From IMG/VR virus record IMGVR_UViG_3300043331_000919, positions 15,507 to 79,506 of that record: DNA of 64,000 nt, one strand, 5' to 3'. The notes under the pieces were generated by a model that had not been told where the DNA came from, ran no database searches, and saw nothing but the letters and a program-made list of their open reading frames with translations. This document shows, in pieces, positions 39,342-48,647 of this stretch (the first letter of the stretch is position 1; each line of letters opens with the position of its first letter). The position numbers were made by a program, and so were the translations under genes. The DNA is from a virus.

Positions 39342-39673
39342 GTGAGCCCTTCCTGCTGCTTGAACTGACGGAGAGCCTTGCGTAGGCCCTCCTCGTTGTA
39401 CTCGCTGTCGATCGGGCCGAACTCAGCGCCAAGCGCGAACCGCCACGCGGTGGCTGCGTCGGGCCCGCGGCCCCAGTTGCCGCTGAACTCGACTTGGTAG
39501 ACGTCGTCGCTGACCCAGCCCTCGGTGACGCCGTCACCGACGTCCACCAGCCACTTGCCGGCGTCGAGGTCGCCGAGAAAGTAGGCGTCCCCCTTGCGCT
39601 CCTCCAGCAGCGGCTCCGTGTCGTCGAGCCACTCCTCGACCGCGTCGCGATCGCTCGGATCAGGCATCAGCAT
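39338..39673 (-). CDS. Small protein, N-terminal tag (PDPSDRDAVEEWLDD)
   Basis: Overlapping starts and stops. Confidence 0.6.
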   Translation of the reverse strand: MLMPDPSDRDAVEEWLDDTEPLLEERKGDAYFLGDLDAGKWLVDVGDGVTEGWVSDDVYQVEFSGNWGRGPDAATAWRFALGAEFGPIDSEYNEEGLRKALRQFKQQEGLT

Positions 39674-39947
39674 CGAGGAACTCCTCCGCCTTCGCGCGGG
39701 TGGACAGGTCGAACGCCGACACCCTGATGAGGCACGGGTCGATCCAGAAGTGCTGGCCGGTGCCGAGCACCTCGACGTGGACGTCGTGCCACTCTTCGAC
39801 GTGACCACGCACGATGCCGACCGTGCCGGCGTCGACGTACTGCTCGGTCTCCGAGCCGGGCTCGCGCCACACCTCGCCGGCCCTCGTGGAAACGAGCGTT
39901 CCCTCGTCCGGGAACACCGGCGTGTCGACGCAGGCCCAGCCGCTCAT
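39660..39947 (-). CDS. SH3-like protein, C-terminal tag (DLSTRAKAEEFLDA)
   Basis: ATGA overlap. Confidence 0.6.
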   Translation of the reverse strand: MSGWACVDTPVFPDEGTLVSTRAGEVWREPGSETEQYVDAGTVGIVRGHVEEWHDVHVEVLGTGQHFWIDPCLIRVSAFDLSTRAKAEEFLDADA

Positions 39948-40204
39948 CCCGCCCGCTCCTCGTCCCACCTGACCTGATCGCCGAGCACGTCGCGGGTCAA
40001 CGACAGCGCCTCGCCGCGGATCGCGCCCTTCAGCGCCTTCAGGGCCTCCATCACGAGCGGGCTGGCGGTCTCCACGACCACCACCGCGGAGCCGTGCTCC
40101 ACGCTGGAGCCGAGGCAGACCTGCGCCTGCACGCCGCGCTTCAGCTCGCGGATCCCGCGCACCTCGCCCTTCAGCATCGAGGTGCCGTTGCTGACGGTGC
40201 TCAT
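39944..40204 (-). CDS. Hypothetical protein
   Basis: ATGA overlap. Confidence 0.55.
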   Translation of the reverse strand: MSTVSNGTSMLKGEVRGIRELKRGVQAQVCLGSSVEHGSAVVVVETASPLVMEALKALKGAIRGEALSLTRDVLGDQVRWDEERAG

Positions 40205-41430
40205 CGCTGGCCCCCGTCGCCCATGCCCAGGCGCTTCTGGAGCATGATCTCGGCCTCGGCCTCCGGCTGCTCCAGGCAGACCATGAAGGCGCGCTTCAGG
40301 GTCCGGCGGTGCAGGTCGGAGACCTCCTTGAACTGCGGGATGCGGCGGCCGTCGGCCTCCATCAGCATCGTGTCGAGGCGGTTGCGGGCGTCGGCGAGCT
40401 TGCGGTTCGCCTCCTTGCCGTACGCCTGTCGCGCGTCGGTCTGGTCGTTGCCGCTCGCGTCCGGCCCGGTGCGCTCGGTGATGCCGTCGTCGACCTGCTT
40501 GATCGCGTCGCGGATCTCCAGCAGCGGCTCGACGAACGGGTTGGCGGCCGACAGGCACAGCCGCGAGACCTTGTCGATCTGCTCGACGGTGTCCCACAGC
40601 GTGAAGCGGAGCACGACCAGGTCGTCCTCCAGCACCTCGTCGCGACCGTCGAGGAAGGCGTGCGCCTGCAGCGCGCGCATCGAGGCGCGCCAGCGACGGT
40701 CGGAGGGGTAGAGGTGCTCGCGGGTGAACGCGGCCTTCAGGCTGGCGAGCGCCTGGAGTGCGCGCTCGTCGATCTTCACGGCCGGCACGACGTCGTCGAT
40801 GACGTCCTTCAGCTCCATCCACTCGATCTCGGTCTCGGGCGCCTTCATGTCGCCCACGAGCAGCTGGCGGAAGTTGTCGGTGTCCTGCAGGTAGTCCACG
40901 ACCACCCGGAACAGGAGTCGGTCCCACAGGGCCGCGGCGTCGTCGGACTCCGCGGTCACCATCTCGTTGGACGCGGTGAACGCCGTCGACAGCGGCGCCG
41001 GGTGGCTGGAACGCCCGTTCTCGACCTCGTGGTAGAGCCGCTCGTTGAGCAGCGCCAGCAGGTCGTGGCCGAGGATGCTCGACATCTTGCCGATCTCGTC
41101 CAGGAAGGCGAACTCCACCTGCGAGGCGAAGTGCTCGCGCTTCAGCACGTAGTCACCGGTCTCGCGGAACCGCTTCACGTCCAGCGGGCCCATGACCGCC
41201 TCGGTGGGGCGGGTCTTGGAGAGCAGGGTCTCGAAGTAGCGCGCGCCCATGAAGGTGCGCACCATGGCGCGGACCAGGTCCGACTTCGCGGTGCCCGGAG
41301 GGCCCAGCAGGAAGACGTGCTGGCCGCTCAGGACCGCTAGGAGCATCGCGAGGATGGCGTCCGAGCGCTCCAGGTAGGTCGCGTTCAGCTCGTCCCGCAG
41401 GGCGTTGAGCTTGGTGGCGATGGGGTGCAT
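40201..41430 (-). CDS. MoxR/RavA-family AAA+ ATPase
   Basis: LLGPPGTAKS, FLDEIGK, TASNE, ALWDR, SDRRW. Confidence 0.9.
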   Translation of the reverse strand: MHPIATKLNALRDELNATYLERSDAILAMLLAVLSGQHVFLLGPPGTAKSDLVRAMVRTFMGARYFETLLSKTRPTEAVMGPLDVKRFRETGDYVLKREHFASQVEFAFLDEIGKMSSILGHDLLALLNERLYHEVENGRSSHPAPLSTAFTASNEMVTAESDDAAALWDRLLFRVVVDYLQDTDNFRQLLVGDMKAPETEIEWMELKDVIDDVVPAVKIDERALQALASLKAAFTREHLYPSDRRWRASMRALQAHAFLDGRDEVLEDDLVVLRFTLWDTVEQIDKVSRLCLSAANPFVEPLLEIRDAIKQVDDGITERTGPDASGNDQTDARQAYGKEANRKLADARNRLDTMLMEADGRRIPQFKEVSDLHRRTLKRAFMVCLEQPEAEAEIMLQKRLGMGDGGQR

Positions 41431-41439
41431 GGTGTCCTC

Positions 41440-42342
41440 TCAGCAGCGCGGCAGGGCCGCGAGTTGGGTGGTGGTGCAGTCGGCGGGTGCAACGTCCGTT
41501 CGCAACCCGCGGAAGACCGGGAACCGCAGGGTGCCCCCGGACGTGATGTTGATGGTCTCGATCTCGCCGACGAGGAGCTCGCCAGCGTCGAGACGGGACT
41601 TCAGGTCGTGCGTCTGGCGCTCGGTGAACCCAGAGCCACAACGACCGACTGGGACCACGGTCCCGCGCTCGTCCACCAGGGCGAGCAGCAGGGCGCCGAA
41701 GTGCTCGCGCGAGCCGCTGCCGGGCGTGTAGCCGGCGAGCAGGCACGAGACGCGGTGCAGGTGCTTGAACTTCACCCAGTCGCGCGAGCGACGGCCGAAG
41801 CGGTAGCGGGAGACGAGTCGCTTCGCGATCACGCCCTCCATGCCCATGGCGCGGGTCTGCGTCCACAGGCTCATGTCGTACGACACCGGCGCGATCAGCA
41901 CGCCGTCGTCGGCGAGGCGCTCCAGGCGCTCGCGACGCTCGCTCCACGGCTGCTTCGCGAGCGCCGGCAGGTCGAAGGCCACGAATCGACAGGGGTGCTC
42001 GTCAGCGGCCCGGCGGATCTTCGCGGTGATCGACTGCGACTCGCGCATGAGCGTGGTCTCGAACGATCCGTTGACGGCCACGATCTCGCCGTCGAGCCAG
42101 CCGTGTCGGCTGCCCCCGGATTGGTCCGTCATGGCGGCGACGACCTCCGGGAAGATCCGGGCCACGTCGACGCCCTTGCGGTTCAGGATCCGGCCGTCCG
42201 GCATCAGCATGGCCCGCACGCCGTCGAGCTTCGTGTCCAGCACCCAGTCGCCGGTCGCCATGAGTTGGTCCACCTGGACCGGGTCGCGACCGGAGGCGCC
42301 GGTACTGGCGCTCGCGAGCATGGGGAGGAACTCGGCCTGCAT
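41440..42342 (-). CDS. ATP-dependent DNA ligase
   Basis: KLDGVR, LDGEIV, AFDL, EGVIAK, WVKFK, OB fold ending LRFPVFRGLRTD. Confidence 0.92.
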   Translation of the reverse strand: MQAEFLPMLASASTGASGRDPVQVDQLMATGDWVLDTKLDGVRAMLMPDGRILNRKGVDVARIFPEVVAAMTDQSGGSRHGWLDGEIVAVNGSFETTLMRESQSITAKIRRAADEHPCRFVAFDLPALAKQPWSERRERLERLADDGVLIAPVSYDMSLWTQTRAMGMEGVIAKRLVSRYRFGRRSRDWVKFKHLHRVSCLLAGYTPGSGSREHFGALLLALVDERGTVVPVGRCGSGFTERQTHDLKSRLDAGELLVGEIETINITSGGTLRFPVFRGLRTDVAPADCTTTQLAALPRC

Positions 42343-42707
42343 CAGTTCTCCCAGATCCGCCACTCGGCGGACTCGACCTCGCCCGCGAACATCAGGCGCT
42401 CCTGAATCTCGGGGTCACTGGGGCCACCCTCGCCGAGCGAGTCCTCGGCGTCGCCGGCGTGCGACACGTCGCCCTCGTCCCAACGGACGTTGGGGAAGAC
42501 CTCGCGCATCTCGGCCTCGGTCAGCGTGATGCTGCGTACGACCTTCTCGGTCTTGCAGATCGTGAACGTCCGCGGGGCGCGGACCTCCTCAGCCTCCCAG
42601 TGCCAACCGTTGCCGATCTTGTCGCAGGCTCGGTCGATGGCCTCCTCCTCGGTCTCGGCCTCCACGTTCATCGTGTAGTGGCCGGACACCTGAAACTGCT
42701 TGCTCAT
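42342..42707 (-). CDS. Hypothetical protein
   Basis: VEAETEEEAI motif; coupled. Confidence 0.55.
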   Translation of the reverse strand: MSKQFQVSGHYTMNVEAETEEEAIDRACDKIGNGWHWEAEEVRAPRTFTICKTEKVVRSITLTEAEMREVFPNVRWDEGDVSHAGDAEDSLGEGGPSDPEIQERLMFAGEVESAEWRIWEN

Positions 42708-43048
42708 GACTCCCCCTCTCCGAAGTCGAAGTTCTCGTCGCCGACGATCTCGCGGAACGCGCGCGTCGACTCCAGCTCGGCACCGACCAGCAGCCCGAGC
42801 TCGAATGCGGCCAGCGGGATCGTCGCCTCGGCGCGCTGCTCCGCGGTCTCGCGGTCCACGCCCTCGCGCAGCAGCTGCATCTTGATGAGCGTCTGCCCAC
42901 CGCCGAACAGCGCCTGCAGCGCCTGTGCAGTCTCGGCGTTCATCCAGCCGATCTGGATGCCCTGGCTGTGCATGATCCGCTTCGCGATCGTGATGACCTG
43001 CTCGCTGCGCCGGTTGTTCGGCGGCGGGCCGGCTGGGGTGGCGGTCAC
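42704..43048 (-). CDS. Hypothetical protein
   Basis: GTGA overlap with the Ku-like gene. Confidence 0.5.
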   Translation of the reverse strand: MTATPAGPPPNNRRSEQVITIAKRIMHSQGIQIGWMNAETAQALQALFGGGQTLIKMQLLREGVDRETAEQRAEATIPLAAFELGLLVGAELESTRAFREIVGDENFDFGEGES

Positions 43049-43842
43049 TTCTTCTTCGCTCCCTTCGCGAGCTTCTGCATCTGCGCGATCAGGTCGTCGT
43101 CGCTGACCTTGGCGGCCACGGCCGGCGCGTCCTTGCCCGGCAGGGCCACGGTCTCGCCCTCGGCGAGCATCGCGTCGAGCGCCTGCCCGTACTTGTCCTC
43201 GTACGCCGCAGGGTCGTAGTCGGTCAGGAGGCTCGGCAGCATGCCGTCGAGAGCCGCGTACAGGGCATCGTTCACCACGCCACCGACACTCGGGGCGGGC
43301 TTCACGTTGTCCTGTCGCGCCCGCTTCTCCAGGCACAGCACGCCCTCGCGGACGGTGAGTCGGAACAGCGCGGTCGCGCTCGACGGCGTGTAGAGCCCGG
43401 CGAAGGCCAGCTCGGGGTGCTCGGCCACCAGCCGGGTGAGCAGCTGGTAGTGGTCCGCGGCGCCCGCGTCGGCCGGCGTCAGGTAGTGCAGCGTGTCGCC
43501 CGGGCCGGTGGCGGTGAGGAACTGCTCCGCGGGGTGGGCGACCAGGGACAGGGCGTCCTTGTACTGGCCGCTGTACTCCTCGCGCGCCTCGCCGATCGCC
43601 TCCTTGTCCACCAGCGTGTAGGTCGAGCCGGTCTTGATGCCCTTGGAGAGGGTGTCGTAGTCGGTGATCGGACCGCACTTCGCGCACTGCTTCGGCGCCT
43701 GCACCGGCAGGTGCTCGTGCTCGGGCTTGCCCGGCTGACCGGAGCACAGGTTGCTCATGGTCGGGGGCCTGGTGATCGCGACCTCGGACTTCGCGGCGAC
43801 TGAGAGCAGCCCGAACTGCAGGGTGATCTTGCGTGCTGCCAT
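43045..43842 (-). CDS. ku: Ku-like DNA end-binding protein
   Basis: ITLQFGLLSV, CAKCG, KGIK, HYLTP, YQLL, YDPAAYEDKY, DDLIAQM follow the bacterial Ku pattern. Confidence 0.75.
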   Translation of the reverse strand: MAARKITLQFGLLSVAAKSEVAITRPPTMSNLCSGQPGKPEHEHLPVQAPKQCAKCGPITDYDTLSKGIKTGSTYTLVDKEAIGEAREEYSGQYKDALSLVAHPAEQFLTATGPGDTLHYLTPADAGAADHYQLLTRLVAEHPELAFAGLYTPSSATALFRLTVREGVLCLEKRARQDNVKPAPSVGGVVNDALYAALDGMLPSLLTDYDPAAYEDKYGQALDAMLAEGETVALPGKDAPAVAAKVSDDDLIAQMQKLAKGAKKK

Positions 43843-43919
43843 GGGGTGAAACCTCCCGTTGAGGCTTGGGTGATGGGTCGATCATGGTCGCGAATGACAC
43901 GCGTGTCGATCCGCGAGGG

Positions 43920-43937
43920 GACTGGTCTAGACCAGTC
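43920..43937. promoter_or_regulatory. DasR-responsive-element-like palindrome
   Basis: GACTGGTCTAGACCAGTC, perfect 18-bp palindrome upstream of the Ku-ligase-AAA-VWA run. Confidence 0.6.
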
Positions 43938-44172
43938 AGACAGCGTTGAGGTTCGAGGGGCGCTCGGTGAGGCGCGCGGTCTCGTCCTGAGTGATGCTGC
44001 CGTGGAGCTTCTCGCCGTGCTGGCGGGCGTGGTGGGCGCACCAGAGAAGGTCGCCGGCCTCGTGCTGCGTGCGCACGTACGCCTGCGCGCCGCACCGGTC
44101 GCACCGGTCCAGCGCCGTCAGGGGCGCCGTGCTCTCCACGTCCGGTACTTCGACCGCAACGGGCGTTGTCAT
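43936..44172 (-). CDS. Small actinobacterial zinc-binding protein
   Basis: LTALDRCDRCGAQAYVR...LLWCAHH. Confidence 0.7.
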   Translation of the reverse strand: MTTPVAVEVPDVESTAPLTALDRCDRCGAQAYVRTQHEAGDLLWCAHHARQHGEKLHGSITQDETARLTERPSNLNAV

Positions 44173-44678
44173 CCGTTCTCCTTCGTCTCGTCGGACTCCA
44201 TGTCGTCCAGCCACTTCCCGATCGCGGCCAGATCGCCCGGGTTGGGCATGGGGTCGAGCGCGGCTGCGTGGGGCGTGAGCCACTCGATCGCCTCGCGGGG
44301 GTCGAACTCGTAGTAGGGCCCGGTCTCCGGGCTGGGAGCCGTGACGAAGCCCCACTGGGAGACCTGCGAGGAGTCGAGGCTGGAGGCGAAGTCCCACAGC
44401 GAGTTCTCGTCGAGACCCGCCTCCTCGGCGTCCAGCGACTCGCCGAACACGAACAGGCATGCGAAGGTCATGCTGGAGAAGTCCTGATCGCTCTGGTCGA
44501 GCGCGATCTTGATCTGGCTCTCGGGGCGCAGCGAGAGCACGTAGTGGCTCAGCGCCAGGAGCACGGCGATCTCAGAGAGCTCGCGCACCTTGCGGTAGAT
44601 CTCCCACAGGCCGCCCGGTCCGCCGAGCGCCTTGCTCAGTCGCTCCTGCGCGACCTCGTGCTGCTCCGGCGTCATCAC
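44169..44678 (-). CDS. Hypothetical protein, C-terminal tag (PNPGDLAAIGKWLDD)
   Basis: Coupled ORF. Confidence 0.6.
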   Translation of the reverse strand: MMTPEQHEVAQERLSKALGGPGGLWEIYRKVRELSEIAVLLALSHYVLSLRPESQIKIALDQSDQDFSSMTFACLFVFGESLDAEEAGLDENSLWDFASSLDSSQVSQWGFVTAPSPETGPYYEFDPREAIEWLTPHAAALDPMPNPGDLAAIGKWLDDMESDETKENG

Positions 44679-45040
44679 GGCTGCCCCGAGATCTCAGGGC
44701 GGTAGTGGCGGAAGCCGCGGTCGACCAGCTCCTCCATGCTGCGCGGGTGGCCCTCGTCGTCTTCCACGGCGCGCAGCGCGTCGAGTAGGTGGTGCAGGTC
44801 GCCCATGAGGTCGCCGATCGCGAGGAACACCGACTCTCCACTGGCAACGCCCGTTGTGACGGCGTAGTGGTGGACGGCCTTCGCGGCGAAGTGGGCCCGC
44901 CGTTCGTTCTCCTCTCGCGGCGCGATCCCGTGCAGCGGGATACCGGTGTCGGGCAGCGCGTCGAGCGCGTCGGTGGCGCTGAAGACTGCCTTGTCGACGG
45001 GGCGGGCGCGGTAGTCGCTGCCACCCTCGGGTGTGCTCAT
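44675..45040 (-). CDS. Hypothetical protein
   Basis: AIGDLMGDLHHL helix. Confidence 0.6.
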   Translation of the reverse strand: MSTPEGGSDYRARPVDKAVFSATDALDALPDTGIPLHGIAPREENERRAHFAAKAVHHYAVTTGVASGESVFLAIGDLMGDLHHLLDALRAVEDDEGHPRSMEELVDRGFRHYRPEISGQP

Positions 45041-45198
45041 CGCAGGTTCTCCTCTCGTGGTTCGTGCTCGGCGACGAATGTGTCGTGGGCGTCGCAGGTC
45101 TCGCGCCACAGGCGGTCGTCCCCCGTCGCCTCGGGGTCCACCCAGCGGCCGTCCTCGTCCAGGCAGATCGACCGGCCACAGTGCTTGCAGATCCTCAC
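45037..45198 (-). CDS. Small zinc-binding protein
   Basis: CKHCGRSI...C..H...HEP. Confidence 0.5.
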   Translation of the reverse strand: MRICKHCGRSICLDEDGRWVDPEATGDDRLWRETCDAHDTFVAEHEPREENLR

Positions 45199-46157
45199 AG
45201 CTTCCCCCCTCCGATCAGCGTGACGGCCGCGTGAGCCGCGGCCAGGCGGTGTCCGAGCCACTCGGCCATGCCGACGTGCATGGCGTTGCCGAGCATCTGG
45301 TAGCGCGCGGAGTCCGGGGCGCCGGTGCCAGCGGTCCAGTCGTCCGGGAAGCCTTGGAGCCGCTCCCACTCGGTCAGGGTCAGCGTTCGCAGGTGTCCGC
45401 CCTGCGAGATCAGGTGGGTCTGCCGGGCCGGACCGCCGCCATCGAAGCCGGTCAGCGTGTTCGCCATGCCGTCGGCGACCCAGGTCTCGTAGCCACCCTT
45501 GCTCACGGCTGCTCGGGCTCGGGCGGACTTTCGCCAGACAGCATCGAACGCAGCGCCTCCAGCAGGTGCGGGTCCGCACGGTGCCCGCCGGACTCGATCC
45601 GCGGCAGCAGTTTCTCCGCCGAGCTCGGGGTCACCCAGAACCGACCATGCGAGTCGGGGGTCGCCTCCACGATGTCCGACCACGAGGACTCGCTCGCGTC
45701 GCTGGGGCGTGCCGAGGTGTCGCCCGTCCACCACTCGATACGCCCACCCATACCCGAGGTCCCCCAGGACACCGAAGATGGTGGCTGCGTCCCGCCCCCC
45801 GTTGCTCCGGAGGAGTCCGGTGGGGTTCTCGATGACCACCCAGCGGGGCTTGGTGTCGTCGAGGATCCGGGCGAACTCGAAGAAGTGCCCGGATCGTCTT
45901 CCCGCGAGGCCGGAGCGATGCGGGGCGGCGATGGAGGTGTCCTGGCAGGGGAAGCCTCCTGCGGCGACGTCAGCGCGCGGTAGATCCGATCCGGCAACGT
46001 CACTGATATCTCCCATCAGTTGGGTGTGTGAGAAGTGGCGGCGCAGCACGCGCTGGCAGTGGGCGTCCCACTCGACCTGGCATGCGGTCTCGATGCCGGC
46101 GCGACTGAAGCCGAGCTCGAATCCGCCGATGCCGGCGAAGAAGGAGTTGGCGATCAC
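45195..46157 (-). CDS. DNA cytosine-5 methyltransferase
   Basis: FAGIGG, GFPCQ, IENP, QRRERV, RLQGFP, GNA. Confidence 0.93.
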   Translation of the reverse strand: MIANSFFAGIGGFELGFSRAGIETACQVEWDAHCQRVLRRHFSHTQLMGDISDVAGSDLPRADVAAGGFPCQDTSIAAPHRSGLAGRRSGHFFEFARILDDTKPRWVVIENPTGLLRSNGGRDAATIFGVLGDLGYGWAYRVVDGRHLGTPQRRERVLVVGHRGGDPRLAWSVLGDPELGGETAAADRVRRAPCGPAPAGGAAFDAVWRKSARARAAVSKGGYETWVADGMANTLTGFDGGGPARQTHLISQGGHLRTLTLTEWERLQGFPDDWTAGTGAPDSARYQMLGNAMHVGMAEWLGHRLAAAHAAVTLIGGGKL

Positions 46158-46627
46158 AGGCCCACGTCCTCGCGGTCGGCGGTGATGGTGCGGTGGGAGC
46201 CGTCCTCGCGGGCTGCGTGCCAGTCCTCGTCGCGCTCGACCTCGGTTGCGAAGACCATCTCGCCCTGCGGGTAGAACCCGGCGACCAGGTCGCCGTTCGC
46301 GAGCCGGAACCAGCGCCATTCCGAGCGTGTGTCGTCGCTGTCGGGCAGCGACGTGAGCAACTGCGTGACGGTCGCGTGGTCACGGATCGGGAAGGATTCT
46401 GCGATGAAGAAGGTCTCGCTGCCGCTGGCATCGACGGCCTCGATCATGGCCTCGTGACGCAGCGCCTCGTAGTACCCAAGCACGACGGAGTCGGCCGGGT
46501 TGAGAGCGCCCACGCCAGCGAGGGAGCGCAACGCCTGCGCGACTCCGTGTGGTGTGATCGGCGCGCTGGCGTCGGCCAGGTGTTTGCGCACCGCGTCGAG
46601 CACGACCGTGTCTGGGGAGAAAGTCAC
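46154..46627 (-). CDS. Hypothetical protein
   Basis: GTGA overlaps. Confidence 0.55.
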   Translation of the reverse strand: MTFSPDTVVLDAVRKHLADASAPITPHGVAQALRSLAGVGALNPADSVVLGYYEALRHEAMIEAVDASGSETFFIAESFPIRDHATVTQLLTSLPDSDDTRSEWRWFRLANGDLVAGFYPQGEMVFATEVERDEDWHAAREDGSHRTITADREDVGL

Positions 46628-46842
46628 AGGGCCTCCTGGGCGTAGCGCAGCACCGGGCCGCGGCGCCGCCGGAGCGTGACCACGATCCCCGCCGCTGCAC
46701 GGGGGTCCACCTTGACGTCGATCAGGGCGAGGTAGGCACCGTACTGCTCGAACACGGTTCGCACAGCTGCGAAGTCGCGCTTCGCGAGTGCCTGCGTGCG
46801 TTTGGACTCGAACGCCCTGTCGGCCTTGGTCTTGTGACTCAT
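46624..46842 (-). CDS. Small basic protein
   Basis: ATGA overlap. Confidence 0.5.
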   Translation of the reverse strand: MSHKTKADRAFESKRTQALAKRDFAAVRTVFEQYGAYLALIDVKVDPRAAAGIVVTLRRRRGPVLRYAQEAL

Positions 46843-47306
46843 CGCCACATCCTTTCGCCGCCCGCGGCGACCCGGTCGAACGCCTTGTAGTCCCGGGTCG
46901 CGTGGTCGGTGTAGTGGTAGTGCGAGCCGAGCGCAGTGCGCACCGACCCCTGGTGCTGGCCCGTGGTGGGCGAGTAGCGGACCGCCGGCATGACCCAGCG
47001 ACCCAGCGGCCCCGCGGTCTCCAGCCACTCGTCAACTGCGTGCGGGTCGTCGAGTGACGGCAGGATCGCGAGTGTCGGGTCGAACCACGCGATCGGCGTG
47101 GCGTAGGACCAGACCGCGTAGGTCGCGGCCATGAGCGAGTCGTGCCAGCGCTGCGGCAGGCAGCCCGTGGTGAGGCCGAGCCAGGAGTGCTCGTCGAGCC
47201 GCTGCCCGGAGAAGGACTCGCGGTAGTTCGTGAACGAGCGTTGCTCGCGGATCATCGCGATCGCGTCGTCGTTCACGCGGATCTTCTTCACGGCGTCTCC
47301 AGCCAT
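46839..47306 (-). CDS. Hypothetical protein (SYATPIAW...YSPTTGQHQ), internal tag (PSLDDPHAVDEWLET)
   Basis: Conserved-looking phage motif with tag apparently inserted in a loop. Confidence 0.65.
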   Translation of the reverse strand: MAGDAVKKIRVNDDAIAMIREQRSFTNYRESFSGQRLDEHSWLGLTTGCLPQRWHDSLMAATYAVWSYATPIAWFDPTLAILPSLDDPHAVDEWLETAGPLGRWVMPAVRYSPTTGQHQGSVRTALGSHYHYTDHATRDYKAFDRVAAGGERMWR

Positions 47307-47833
47307 GCGTCCACCACCTTCGTGTCGTGCAGCGGCACCAGCTGCCGCGCGGGGTAGATCCGGTCGACCAGGGCGAACGGCGAGCCGGTGTCCTTGGGGT
47401 CGCGCGCCGGGTCGCTGATGTGGTTCGGCCACCACGAGGCGTACTCGCGCGCGAAGTTCTTCACGCTCGGGTCCTTGGCGCGCCAGCCTCGCGTGGCGAC
47501 CATGACTCGGGTCTGCTCCAGGAAGTTCGCACGGCCGGCGTACTGGCCGATGATCGCGTCGGGGTCGTAGCGGAACATCACCGCGATCCACCAGCCCCAC
47601 TCCATCCAGGTGGCGGCGGCGCCGAAGGATTCGGCGCCGTAGCGGCCGGTGTTGCGCCGGCGCCTGCGGTGCGGCGCCTCCTGCCCCTCCAGCGCGGTGT
47701 CGAACTTCCGGGCGCGGCTCCGTGAGCCGGACTCGTCGCAGCGGTCTAGGTAGACGCCGGCGTCGACCAGACCCGCATCCTTCAGGGCTAGGTGCAGGTC
47801 GCGGTAGGTCATGCGGTCGGTGTGGATCAGCAC
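47288..47833 (-). CDS. Hypothetical protein, C-terminal tag (PLHDTKVVDAWLET)
   Basis: GSRSRARKF...AATWMEWGWW. Confidence 0.6.
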   Translation of the reverse strand: MLIHTDRMTYRDLHLALKDAGLVDAGVYLDRCDESGSRSRARKFDTALEGQEAPHRRRRRNTGRYGAESFGAAATWMEWGWWIAVMFRYDPDAIIGQYAGRANFLEQTRVMVATRGWRAKDPSVKNFAREYASWWPNHISDPARDPKDTGSPFALVDRIYPARQLVPLHDTKVVDAWLETP

Positions 47834-48210
47834 GACTCGTCCTCCTCCTCGATCTCGCAGAGTGCGATCGCGATCTCGTCCTCGTTCATGTACGCCCACT
47901 CCTGCACGCGCGCCACGAACGGACTGTCGTCGTCGGGCTTCATCTCGGCGCGGTAGGACTCTGCGGCAGCCGAGAGGAAGGCGAGCAGCGTCACGACCAT
48001 GTCGCCGGGGCTGAGGTTTCGCCGGGCCGGCGCGTACAGGTCCGCGGCGGAGTCAGCGAGACCTTCGCCGTCGATCCACACCTCCCAGGCGTAGGTCATG
48101 TGTCCCCCGTTGGACCAGTCGCCGGTGCGGCGGACCTTCAGGACAGCGTCGCCAACGCGCGTTGACGCGAGGTCGTCGTCGAACAGGTCGACGGTCACCC
48201 GGTCAGTCAT
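47827..48210 (-). CDS. Hypothetical protein
   Basis: Coupled ORF. Confidence 0.6.
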   Translation of the reverse strand: MTDRVTVDLFDDDLASTRVGDAVLKVRRTGDWSNGGHMTYAWEVWIDGEGLADSAADLYAPARRNLSPGDMVVTLLAFLSAAAESYRAEMKPDDDSPFVARVQEWAYMNEDEIAIALCEIEEEDESC

Positions 48211-48439
48211 CGGATCCCGGCAGCGGGGTGAAGACCACCTCGCGCACCGTCTCCCCGTCGGGGCTGGTCGACTTCGTGTAGATCACGCCGTCGCGCCGCC
48301 GGCGCATGACCTCGGTGCCGCCCAGGTTCTCGAAGAACTCGCGCGTGCCCTTGCTGGTGAAGTTCTGGACGAACTCCGCGGTCACGGTCTCGTCCGGCTT
48401 GCGCTCGCCATTGACGCGCTCGCTCATCAGGTACTTCAT
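48203..48439 (-). CDS. Hypothetical protein
   Basis: RBS GAGGAGGAG. Confidence 0.6.
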   Translation of the reverse strand: MKYLMSERVNGERKPDETVTAEFVQNFTSKGTREFFENLGGTEVMRRRRDGVIYTKSTSPDGETVREVVFTPLPGSDD

Positions 48440-48647
48440 GACTCCTCCTCGTGGAGCAGGTCGAGCTGGGTGGTGGGGTCGGTCGCGAGACGCAGCGGCC
48501 GGCCGTCGCGCAGCATCCGCTTGTGGATGGTGTCGGCGGCGTTGTAGATCTGGACGGCGTCAGCGAAGCGCTGACCCTCGTGGATCGTGGTCCAGCCGCG
48601 GTCTTCCGCGCAGGTCTGGACGGTCCAGGTCGTCTTCCGCGTGCGGA

